A DNA stretch of 64,000 nt, taken from the NCBI GenBank assembly GCA_009914755.4, contig CP068257.2, positions 42,720,001 to 42,784,000 on the forward strand, in the 5' to 3' direction. The notes below the pieces were generated by a model that searched no databases, was not told where the DNA came from, and saw only the letters and a program-made list of their open reading frames with translations. Source of the stretch: the human T2T-CHM13v2.0 reference genome, Homo sapiens. The position numbers were made by a program, and so were the translations under genes. Below, piece after piece: positions 29,450 to 41,220 of the stretch; position 1 is the first letter of the stretch; each line of letters opens with the position of its first letter.

Positions 29450-31055
29450 CGTGGAGGCTGTGGAGGGGTGTGGAGGGGTGTGGAGGGCTGTGGAGGATGT
29501 GGAGGGGTGTGGAGGGCTGTGGAGGGATGTGGAGGCTGTGGAGGGGTGTGGAGGGGTGTGGAGGGCTGTGGAGGATGTGGAGGGGTGTGGAGGGCTGTGG
29601 AGGGGTGTGGAGACTGTGGAGGGGTGTGGAGGCTGTGGAGGGGTGTGGAAGCTGTGGAGGGGTGTGGAGGCTGTGGAGGGGTGTGGAGGGGTGTGGAGGG
29701 CTGTGGAGGATGTGGAGGGGTGTGGAGGGCTGTGGAGGGATGTGGAGGCTCTGGAGGGGTGTGGAGGGCTGTGGAGGATGTGGAGGGGTGTGGAGGGGTG
29801 TGGAGGGCTGTGGAGGGATGTGGAGGCTGTGGAGGGGTGTGGAGGGGTGTGGAGGGGTGTGGAGGCTGTGGAGGGATGTGGAGGGGTGTGGAGGGGTGTG
29901 GAGGGGTGTGGAGGATGTGGAGGGGTGTGGAGGGGTGTGGAGGGATGTGGAGGCTGTGGAGGGGTGTGGAGGGCTGTGGAGGGGTGTGGAGACTGTGGAG
30001 GGGTGTGGAGGCTGTGGAGGGGTGTGGAGGGGTGTGGAGGGCTGTGGAGGGATGTGGAGGGCTGTGGAGGCTGTGGAGGGGTGTGGAGGATGTGGAGGGG
30101 TGTGGAGGGCTGTGGAGGGCTGTGGAGGCTGTGGAGGGGTGTGGAGGATGTGGAGGGGTGTGGAGGGCTGTGGAGGGATGTGGAGGCTGTGGAGGGGTGT
30201 GGAGGGGTGTGGAGGGCTGTGGAGGGATGTGGAGGCTGTGGAGGGGTGTGGAGGGGTGTGGAGGGGTGTGGAGGCTGTGGAGGGATGTGGAGACTGTGGA
30301 AGGGTGTGGAGGCTGTGGAGGGGTGTGGAGGCTGTGGAGGGGTGTGGAGGCTGTGAAGGGGTGTGGAGGCTGTGGAGGGGTGTAGAGGGGTGTAGAGGGT
30401 TGTGGAGGCTGTGGAGGGGTGTGGAGGGCTGTGGAGGGGTGTGGAGGGGTGTGGAGGCTGTGGAGGGGTGTGGAGGGTTGTGGAGGGGTGTGGAGGGGTG
30501 TGGAGGCTGTGGAGGGGTGTGGAGGGATGTGGAGGGATGTGGAGGGCTGTGGAGGGGTGTGGAGGGGTGTGGAGGCTGTGGAGGGGTGTGGAGGGATGTG
30601 GAGGGGTGTGGAGGGGTGTGGAGGCTGTGGAGGGGTGTGGAGGCTGTGAAGGGGTGTGGAGGCTGTGGAGGGGTGTAGAGGGGTGTAGAGGGTTGTGGAG
30701 GCTGTGGAGGGGTGTGGAGGGCTGTGGAGGGGTGTGGAGGGGTGTGGAGGCTGTGGAGGGGTGTGGAGGGTTGTGGAGGGGTGTGGAGGGGTGTGGAGGC
30801 TGTGGAGGGGTGTGGAGGGATGTGGAGGGATGTGGAGGGCTGTGGAGGGGTGTGGAGGGGTGTGGAGGCTGTGGAGGGGTGTGGAGGGATGTGGAGGGGT
30901 GTGGAGGGGTGTGGAGGCTGTGGAGGGGTGTGGAGGGATGTGGAGGGGTGTGGAGGGCTGTGGAGGGGTGTGGAGGGCTGTGGAGGGGTGTGGAGGGGTG
31001 TGGAGGGGTGTGGGGGGTTGTGGAGGGCTGTGGAGGCTGTGGAGGGTTGTGGGCG
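29450..31055. repeat. G-rich 10-bp-period minisatellite (~160 units, ~1.6 kb)
   Basis: (g/c/a)tgtggaggg / gtgtggaggg / ctgtggaggc iterations. The array starts ~100 bp after the exon 12 donor. Confidence 0.92.
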
Positions 31056-31116
31056 TCTCCAACACTGGGAAGGACTTGGGGCACCTGGAGTTGGAGAACA
31101 AAGAACTTAGCTCTAG

Positions 31117-31422
<306 letters not shown>

Positions 31423-31832
31423 CAGGAAAGGAATTTTTAAATTAAAAGTTCTGCTAAAAAAAACTGGTTCTGTGGTTATGTCCAGGGCCGAGTCTCACTG
31501 GGCACGCACAGGCCGGGTGGTGCCGCCCTCTGCAGCTCACACGGGTTCCGATGGGGGCTGGTGCATGTGCTGGGCCCGTGCTGTCCGTCAGGCTTTGCAG
31601 GGCAAGCAGACCCCTCCCACAGGCCACGCAGGAGCCTGGGCCATCATCAGAGGTTGTGTATTGACTGGGGTGGGGCTTAAGTTGTCTGTATAGATGTGGT
31701 CACACACAGTGATTGCCCAGTGGCCCGCACTGTCCCCGGGCCTCGTTTTCATCACCTGGGGCAGTGTGTTGGGTTCCTCAGGCTGGGTTGAGCCTGGCTC
31801 TTTAGTCTCACGGTGGCTCCTCTGGTCCCCAG

Positions 31833-31962
31833 AGCCAGGACTGCATCGCAGCGGCCTTGGCCTGCAGCAAGATCCTGAAGGAACTGTCCAAGGAGGAGGA
31901 GGACACGGACAGCTCGGAGGAGATGCTGGCGCTGGCGGAGGAGTATGAGCACAGAGCCATCG
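31833..31962 (+). CDS. TRPM2: TRPM2 coding exon (approx. exon 13; aa ~645-688)
   Basis: ORF-track frame 31857..32135 gives SQDCIAAALACSKILKELSKEEEDTDSSEEMLALAEEYEHRAIG. Acceptor ggtccccag|AGC, donor ATCG|gtgagc. Ends phase 1. Confidence 0.9.
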
Positions 31963-31994
31963 GTGAGCTCTGCCGGGCACGGGCTGCAGGCCAT

Positions 31995-32140
31995 GGCTCA
32001 GCCGTGCATGCCCTCACCTGGAGTTCCCATCCCTGGGTCTCAGCCCCATGTGCCCTCACCCTGGGGTCCTCGTCCCTGGGCCTCAGCCCTGCACGCTTAC
32101 CCTGGGGTCCTCATCCCGGAGTCTCGGCCCTGTAACCACC
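31995..32140. repeat. ~47-bp tandem repeat x3
   Basis: ...gccctcaccctggggtcctcgtccctgggcctcagccctgcacgc..., right after the exon 13 donor. A related copy lies at ~33186-33290. Confidence 0.75.
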
Positions 32141-32205
32141 CAGTGGGTTCGTCTTGCCTGCTGCTCAGATAGAGCCCATTTGTTAAGACAGCGAGATTGC
32201 AATAG

Positions 32206-32585
<380 letters not shown>

Positions 32586-33381
32586 GAGACTGGGGTTTTT
32601 TAAGGATAATTTGGTGGGTAGGGGGCCAGGCAGCGGGGAGTACTGATTGGTTGGGCCAGAGATGAAATCACAGCGGGTCAAAGTGGGTTCTTCTCACTGT
32701 CTACTATTCATGATCACAGGGGTCGAAGTGGGTTCTTCTCGCTGTCTGCTGTTTCTGCGTGTGGTCACAGAACTGGTTGCACCAGATCTCCAGTCGGGGT
32801 GGCGTCAGTGAAGCATCAGAATGCAGGCTTTCAAAATATCCTGGGTTTTCCAATAGTGATGATATTCCTAGGAAGAGTTGGGGAGGTTTGGAATCTTGTG
32901 GCCTCTGGCTGCGTGACTCCTAAACCATAATTTCTAATTTGTGGCTACTTTGTTAGTCTTACAAACGCAGACTGCTCCCAGGCAAGAAGGGGGTTCGTTT
33001 CGGGAAAGGGCCGCTATCATCTCTGTTTGGAAGTTAAACTATAAACGAAGTTCCTCTCAAAGTTAGTGTGGCCTATGCCCAGGAATGGACAAGGGCAGCT
33101 TGGAGGTTAGAGGCAAGATGGAGTCCATTAGGTCAGTTCTCGGTCCCTGTCTGAGTTTTCTCCCTGTTGTCATTTTTGTAGAGGCAGTTCCAGCCCTACG
33201 TGCCCTCTCCCTGGGGTCCTCGTCCCTGGGCCTGGGTGTTTTGAGACACCAGCCCCACATTTGCCCTGTGCCCTTCCCTGTGTCCTGGTGGTGCTGTCCC
33301 GAGTGGTTGCCCTCTGACCCGTCCCCAGGGCTCAGTGATTGTGACCTGCTGCTCTGACGGGGCTCTCATATCTCCGCCCAG

Positions 33382-33527
33382 GGGTCTTCACCGAGTGCTA
33401 CCGGAAGGACGAAGAGAGAGCCCAGAAACTGCTCACCCGCGTGTCCGAGGCCTGGGGGAAGACCACCTGCCTGCAGCTCGCCCTGGAGGCCAAGGACATG
33501 AAGTTTGTGTCTCACGGGGGCATCCAG
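33382..33527 (+). CDS. TRPM2: TRPM2 coding exon (approx. exon 14; aa ~688-736)
   Basis: ORF-track frame 33441..33662 gives (G)VFTECYRKDEERAQKLLTRVSEAWGKTTCLQLALEAKDMKFVSHGGIQ. Acceptor ctccgcccag|GG, donor CAG|gtgacc. Confidence 0.9.
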
Positions 33528-34344
33528 GTGACCTCCCAAGAGCCCCTTCCAGAAACAGACGCCTGTGGTGCCTGCAGGGCGGACACAGCCTCCTGTTCGT
33601 GCAGTTGGCACGCACACTCACACAGGCTTCAGGGCCCTCAGCAGCTCGGGGACAGCGCCTGACCCCTCGGCCACCTGCTCCAGGCTCTGGCCTCCCATTT
33701 TGCAGATGGGGGGAAGCTAACATGAAGCAAAAGCAGGAGCTGGTGGCCATGGAGATCGCAATTCACCTCCCCATGGATGTTCCTACCTGGGAGCGGCAGG
33801 CAGAAGCCCAGGTGGCTCTGGGAACGGCGTCTGCCCTCTCTCCCTGGAGGGATAAGCGGGACACGGCGTGTCCTCCCTGGAGCAGCAGGGGCTCCCAGGC
33901 ATGGCTGCCCTCAGCATCGCCCTGGAACCCCCGGCAGGGCCTGGCTCCCAGCGAGTGCCCCTTGCACGCTGGGCTTCCTTGGAGCGCCGAGCTATTGCCA
34001 AGTCCATGAGCTCCCGTCATGTCCTGGGCTGTGCCAGGCCTAGGGAGGCCTGGGGAAGGGTCCTGTCCCCCACTGCAGAGCTCAGAGGGGCCAGTGCTCT
34101 ACAGCCTGCAACTGCGGGGCCTTCGAAGCCAGCAGAGATGGGGTCCCATAGCTTGAGGTCAGGTGAAAGGCGGGATTGGACACCCAAAGCCCCAGGGCAA
34201 GCTCTGTGTCTTCACCACTTTCTGCTGTGAGACTGCAGGCTAGCTCTGTCCACTAGGCACCCCGAGTCCTCAGCAGACAGCTGACGGGCACCATCTGGGG
34301 CACAGGGCTGGGCACTGCCATCCTGAGACTGCCCCCATCCGCAG

Positions 34345-34457
34345 GCCTTCCTGACCAAGGTGTGGTGGGGCCAGCTCTCCGTGGACAATGGGCTGTGGCG
34401 TGTGACCCTGTGCATGCTGGCCTTCCCGCTGCTCCTCACCGGCCTCATCTCCTTCAG
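34345..34457 (+). CDS. TRPM2: TRPM2 coding exon (approx. exon 15; aa ~737-774)
   Basis: Manual translation gives AFLTKVWWGQLSVDNGLWRVTLCMLAFPLLLTGLISF(R). Acceptor catccgcag|GCC, donor TTCAG|gtgctg. The donor position was confirmed from the frame of ORF 34362..34679. Ends phase 2. Confidence 0.85.
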
Positions 34458-34520
34458 GTGCTGCAGGGCTGCGGGGCTGCGGGACTGTGGGGCTGCGGGG
34501 CTGCGGGAGAGGCTCCTGGG
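34458..34520. repeat. (GGGGCTGC)n 8-bp G-rich repeat x~6
   Basis: gtgctgcagggctgcggggctgcgggactgtggggctgcggggctgcgggag. Begins at the exon 15 donor GT. Confidence 0.9.
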
Positions 34521-35766
34521 GGCTCAGGATCTTCCCTAGATCCCCTCGCTGGGAGCAAGTCATGTGTCCTCAGAATTGTCCCTGGATCCTGGGGCTGTAG
34601 AGATGGGGGTGGGAAGCAGAGCAGGGCCCCACGTGCTGGAAGCACCTGCCTTGCCCCAGCCCCAGCACTGATCTCATGATGCTGATGAGCCCGTCCCTCA
34701 GCCACATCAGCCTGGGGTTGGGGAGGCCAGGAAAGATGGTCTCCTGCTCCTGCCGGCACTGTAGACCTGAGCCAGTCTGCGGCGTGGGCAGTTAGTGCAG
34801 GTCTGGGATGCGAGCAGCGAGCTGCGGCTGAGTGCCTCCCTGTCCTCGCAGCCGCAGAGCCTGTATTGATGGAATCGCTTTCCCTTATGAAGGAGGAGGA
34901 CACGGCTGGCCATGGTTGAAGACCTGGCCTGGCCTGGTGTCCCCACCTGCACCTCCTCAGAGGCTTGCTGGGGCGTTGTGGGATCTGCTGTGTTTTACTG
35001 AGGGCTGGATGGAGGCTCAGGGTCTCCTGGGAGTCAGGGCAGATTCAAGACCCCAGCGAGGTGGCTGAGCCCCTTCTGCAACCCGCAGTCCACACTGCCT
35101 GCCTCCTTCCCTTTCTCCTCACGGCCAGGATGGGTACTTGAGTGTTCAGGAATCCTGGTGGGAAACTGAGGCAGGGAGGAGCGGCTCAGGTGTCCTAAAG
35201 CAGTGCTGGCTTCTCTCCTGCTCTCCCGAGGATGGCAGAGCCGTGTCACTGATGGCCGCCTCTGCTCCCGTTCCAGCGGCCCGGGGATAGGGACCTGGGA
35301 TCAGGGCACACCACAGGGGGAGTGTGGTCAGCCCCACCCCCATTGAGGACGGCAAGGAAAGCCTGTCCCCATTTACAGGAGGGTGACTAAGGCCTGAGCG
35401 TCCACTGAGCACTGGGAGCTCTGAAGCTGGGGCCCACCCAAGGCTGGGCTTGGGGCAGGCTGGGCCTCCCTGTTTGCAGCCATTAAGGTCATGGCCATGG
35501 GCAGGGCGTCAGCGGGCATCCCTGTGTCCTCACTTTGCTGGGCTGTGGGGTCCAGCCCCACCCCGGTGGCTGTGTGTGAGGCTCCCAGGCTGTGCTGTGC
35601 CGGCTCCGCCTGTAGCTGCCGTTATGGCCCCGGATCCCTGAGTGCTTTTGCCTCTAAAAGCACATCTCTCTGAGGGGCACGGGGGATCACGGGGTGGCCA
35701 AAGCCTGTGGAGGTCAGGACCCTGGCCCTGGTGGTCACTGTCTCCTCTCTGCTGTGACGGCCGCAG

Positions 35767-35983
35767 GGAGAAGAGGCTGCAGGATGTGGGCACCCCCGCG
35801 GCCCGCGCCCGTGCCTTCTTCACCGCACCCGTGGTGGTCTTCCACCTGAACATCCTCTCCTACTTCGCCTTCCTCTGCCTGTTCGCCTACGTGCTCATGG
35901 TGGACTTCCAGCCTGTGCCCTCCTGGTGCGAGTGTGCCATCTACCTCTGGCTCTTCTCCTTGGTGTGCGAGGAGATGCGGCAG
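35767..35983 (+). CDS. TRPM2: TRPM2 coding exon (approx. exon 16; aa ~774-846; S1-S2 region)
   Basis: ORF-track frame 35642..36079 gives (R)EKRLQDVGTPAARARAFFTAPVVVFHLNILSYFAFLCLFAYVLMVDFQPVPSWCECAIYLWLFSLVCEEMRQ. Acceptor ccgcag|G, donor CAG|gtacag. Confidence 0.9.
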
Positions 35984-37545
35984 GTACAGCCCCACCCGCT
36001 TTTCCACGCCCCAGCCCGGGGCCACCCACTTGGCTGCATTCTCATAGGGGACCCATGGCTTAGAGCCCACCCCATCTAGCCTGCCCAGCTCCCTGCAAGC
36101 TGAGCAGAGCCGGTGTTTCCTCCCCAAAATGGGTGGCTGGGGCGCTGCCCTCCAAGCCCCTCCCTCCTCATGCCCCCTGCGCCTGCTTCCCTGCTTTCCC
36201 TCGGCCCAGGCATCCTTCCCTCCTGGAGACCGGCTGATCAGCTCAAGGTGGATGCCCTGACCTTGTGGACTATGAGTATGTCCCTTCCCCCAGGAAGAGC
36301 AGTGCAAGGTGTGGGGTCCCTAAGACCCCTCTCACGTTCAATAACGAGCCAGAAGGACCCACAGACGCTGGGGAGTGGCAATGCTCACTTATGGTTTATT
36401 AAGCAACAGTCTACAGACTAAACCAGCCAGGGGGAGGGACGCAGCTGCATCCAGGACAGCTCTGAGCCCAGGGCATCCGGCCAGTCCCTCCCTGTGGAGG
36501 TGTGGGTGGCACTCCATCCTCCCGGTGATGATGTGTGGCCTCATGCATGGAGGCACGTCCCCAGAGAGGCTCGCGGGCCTTGGTGTCTACTGGAGGTCAG
36601 TCACAGAGGCGAGGCTGACACCACATGGTTGACCTCAGTCTCCAGCCCTCCAAAGGTCAAACTGAAAACTGCCCGGGGCCCCACCCCAAATCACACTGTG
36701 GGACCACCTGGCATGGCCCAGGCCCCAGGAACAAAGACACCCTCATCAGGCGGACATTCCAAGGGCTCAGAGGCTATCTCCCTGGAGCTGGGCGAGGCCA
36801 AGCTGCCCCCCAGGTGGGGCGAATCCCTTACTGTGTGGGGTCTCCACTGTGCCCCCACGGTGCCTGCACCTGCTGGCAGCCGGTGAATGGGAACTAGGTC
36901 CTTGGAACCCTCAGGGCAGTGGTGAGGGGGTGGGGTCAGCCCACGGGGCAGTGGTCCTGGCTTAGACTTACCTCTGCTCTCTAACCTTGGTGGACCACCA
37001 GGCCCCCAGTTACCCCAGTTAGAAAGCAGTGTGCACTGTGTAAATACCACTGCCTACTGGGGCCCTGGGGGAGGCACCGGCGTCCCCAGGAAGGAAGATC
37101 AGGTCCAGGACTTGGCGGGGCCTGGGAGCTGTGCTGTGGCCCTGGCTCTGCTGGGCTCTCCTTGGCTCTCCTCTTGCCACAGGGCTTCTGCCACCAGACC
37201 CTCTCTACAAGGGGCCAGAGGCCTCCATGCACCCCCAGCCCCAGCCCCATGGGCAGCAGCCTGAGAGCAGAGGGGGCACTTCCTTCTCCCTGCATCTGTC
37301 TGTGATCCAGGGAGGGCCCTGGTTGGTCCTGCTGGTCACCTGCCCCACCTGTCCAGCTGCTGGGTCCTGGGGCCTGGGGCTAGGGAGGGTGTGGGGACTC
37401 CTGCCAAGTAGGCCAAATGGGGGCTCCCACAGCCCCTGCCAGGTCCTGCACTCTTGGCCTGCTAAAGAAACAGTGTGGCCCCTGACAGAACAAAGATCCT
37501 TGTGGGAAGGCAGCTGGCGCCTGACATTGAGGGCGCTGCTCCAAC

Positions 37546-38552
37546 ACACACACACATGCACACACATGCATACACATACAGGTACATGCACACACATGTA
37601 CACATGCACACAAATGCACACACACATAGGCACACACACATACATACATGCATATGTACACACATACATGCACACACATGCACACAGTACACACATAGGC
37701 ACACACATTCATGCATATGTATACACACATGCACACATGCACACACATGCATACACACATGCATACACATACATGCACACATATACACATGCATACACAC
37801 ATATGCATGGACACACATACATGCATATAGAGATGCACACACATGCATACACATATACATGCATGCACACATACAAATATACACAGATAAACACATGTAT
37901 ACACATGCACACACATGCATACACACATTACACGTGTGCATACACACAAATATACACATACATACACATGCACATACATATACAGCACACACATGCATAC
38001 ACACATACACATGTACACAATATACACATACACATATGCACACATACATACACACATGCACATACACATGCATACACACATACACATACACACATGCACA
38101 TACACAAATATACACATCACCCAAGCACATATACACATATACATACATATGCACATGAACAAACATGTACACACATACACACACATATATACATATGCAC
38201 ACATGAATGAACATACACATATGAACACACACATACAGACACATACACATATATACACATGCACACACAAAAACATGCAAATACACATATACACAGAGAC
38301 ACACAGATACACATACACATGCACACACACAAACATGCATACATACACAATACATGCAAATGTATGTGCATACACATATACATGCACACATACATGCACA
38401 TACACATATACACACATGCATACACATACAAATACATGCAGACACATACAGAATGCACACATACATACACACACATATGTGCACACATACATATTCACAC
38501 GTATACACACATACATGCAGAATATATGTACATACACATATATGCACACACA
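37546..38552. repeat. CA/TG-rich low-complexity tract (~1 kb; ACACATGCAC-like units)
   Basis: acacacacacacatgcacacacatgcatacacatacaggtacatgcacacacatgtacacatgcac... Confidence 0.9.
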
Positions 38553-38682
38553 GGTGCTGAGTGAGCAGGGGGCCGAGGTAGCTGCTGCCAGCGCTATTCT
38601 GCATTGTTCCTCCACGTCCTGTTCCCATCTCCCTCACTGACCCAGCTCTCTTCAGATCAGAACCAATGTTCGGATTTGCTGA

Positions 38683-39190
38683 CCGTGATGATAGTGATGA
38701 TAGTGATAGTGATGATAGTGACAGTGATGATAGTGACGGTGATAGTGATGATAGTGACAGTGACTGTGATTGTGATGATGATAGTGGATAGTGATATGAC
38801 AGCGATGGTGACAGCAAGGATAGTGATGATAGTGACAGTGATAGTGATGATAGTGACAGTGACTGTGATGATAGTGGATAGTGATATGACAGTGATGGTG
38901 ACAGCAAGGGTAGTGATGATAGTGACAGTGATAGTGATGATAGTGACAGTGACTGTGATGATAGTGGATAGTGATATGACAGTGATGGTGACAGCAAGGA
39001 TAGTGATGATAGTGACAGTGATAGTGATGATAGTGACAGTGACTGTGATGATAGTGGATAGTGATATGACAGTGATGGTGACAGCAAGGGTAGTGATGAT
39101 AGTGACAGTGATAGTGATGATAGTGACAGTGACTGTGATGATGATAGTGGATAGTGATGTGACAGTGACAGTGAGGATAGTAAGAGTGAC
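38683..39190. repeat. ~60-bp GATAGTGATG-type minisatellite x~8
   Basis: gatagtgatgatagtgacagtgactgtgatgatagtggatagtgatatgacagtgatggtgacagcaagg units. The array ends ~40 bp before the exon 17 acceptor. Confidence 0.9.
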
Positions 39191-39227
39191 AACCTGTCTG
39201 CCTTCCTACCGCCCCTCTTCCCAGTAG

Positions 39228-39346
39228 CTCTTCTATGACCCTGACGAGTGCGGGCTGATGAAGAAGGCAGCCTTGTACTTCAGTGACTTCTGGAATAAGC
39301 TGGACGTCGGCGCAATCTTGCTCTTCGTGGCAGGGCTGACCTGCAG
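39228..39346 (+). CDS. TRPM2: TRPM2 coding exon (approx. exon 17; aa ~847-886; S3 region)
   Basis: Manual translation gives LFYDPDECGLMKKAALYFSDFWNKLDVGAILLFVAGLTC(R). Acceptor is the distal AG of cttcccagTAG|CTC, donor TGCAG|gtgagt. 119 nt, phase 0 to phase 2. The donor was confirmed by the GTG-initiated ORF at 39347. Confidence 0.85.
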
Positions 39347-39748
39347 GTGAGTGGCCTCACCCCGATGGCGGGCCCGTCTGAGGCAGCCAGCCCTGCAGGG
39401 GATGAGCACAGGCCGGGCCCAGAACCAGCCACACCGGGTGAGGCTCAGCTCGTCTGTGAACCCTGGATTGTCATCTGTCCAATGGGTGTCCAGGCAACAG
39501 CGCCCCACCTACCCTTGGGATTGTTGAGGGAGCACAGAAGGGGCATGAGAGCTCCTGGCAGAGCTGAGATTGTCCATGTGCAAGGGGCCATAGATGGCAA
39601 CCTCTGGAATTGTCCCAGCTCCACGGACACGCGGCTGCCGCTTTCTCCCTCTGCCTCCCTACTGTGGGCTCACTGCACTGCCTGTGATGCTCTCGTGTCT
39701 CTGCGAGGCCGCGGCCCCCTTTCTCGGAGGCAATAGGGCCCTGGCTAA

Positions 39749-40369
<621 letters not shown>

Positions 40370-40679
40370 TAGGAGCTTTCCTCCTTGGTCACGGTTATGT
40401 CTGACCGCACTCATTCCTGGCCTCTGATTCAGCTCTAGGAGCTTTCCTCCTTGGGTCACGGTTATGTCTGACCCCTCTTGCACTTTGTGGTGCTAGCACA
40501 AAGATGTCGGCAGTCCACGAGGGTGTGGGGGCAGCCCCAGGACTGCTCCTGGGAGCCTCCTGCATGCCGTGTCTGTGCTGTGAGTGGCAGTGCTGTCTCC
40601 ACCGCTGCTGGGCCTGCCTCTGGGCCCAGTGAGCATCGGGGGCCAGGAGAGTGTAGCCCACACACTCTCTGTCCTGCAG

Positions 40680-40851
40680 ATGAAGGACGTCTTCTTCTTC
40701 CTCTTCCTGCTGGCTGTGTGGGTGGTGTCCTTCGGGGTGGCCAAGCAGGCCATCCTCATCCACAACGAGCGCCGGGTGGACTGGCTGTTCCGAGGGGCCG
40801 TCTACCACTCCTACCTCACCATCTTCGGGCAGATCCCGGGCTACATCGACG
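40680..40851 (+). CDS. TRPM2: TRPM2 coding exon (approx. exon 19; aa ~931-988; S5 region)
   Basis: ORF-track frame 40584..41072 gives MKDVFFFLFLLAVWVVSFGVAKQAILIHNERRVDWLFRGAVYHSYLTIFGQIPGYIDG. Acceptor gtcctgcag|ATG, donor GACG|gtagga. Ends phase 1. Confidence 0.9.
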
Positions 40852-41220
40852 GTAGGAGCCGGGCGCCATGGGAGCTCGGGTGGTGCTGCCGGGAAGCAGG
40901 AGAGAGGCTGGAAAGGGGCCGCATGAGTGGGAGTGAGGCCGGCTCCATCAGGGGGTCCTGCGGTTCCCACCTGGCCGGTGTCCTCCCTGGGGGCATTCAT
41001 TCCCCAGCTCCTGTGGCAGGAAGTAGAAGGGGCCCCACCAGGGGAGGGAGGAGGGGGGCCTGGTGGGGGTGAGTGGTGCCACGCAGAGGTCAGAGTGGGC
41101 CGAGGGCACCTGGGGCATCAGCTGACAGCCCCCTGAAATGGAATGTCACCCTGTATCCCCTTTCCCTCTCACCTCAATCAGAAATAACTTCCTTCTTCTC
41201 TTGATGGAAATAATTCATTC

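Noticed and set aside
37131-39227. ORFs rich in Cys/Met/His/Thr and a 576-aa minus-strand ORF
   Set aside because: These are translations of the CA/TG-rich tract and the GATAGTGATG minisatellite. There is no gene structure.
39228-39346. Apparent +1 C insertion (frameshift) in the S3 exon
   Set aside because: On first pass I read '...aataagC|ctggacg', which would make the exon 120 nt and out of frame. Recounting against the ORF-track frame (GTG-initiated ORF at 39347) shows the exon is 119 nt (..aat aag ctg gac..) and in frame. It was my transcription error, not a variant.
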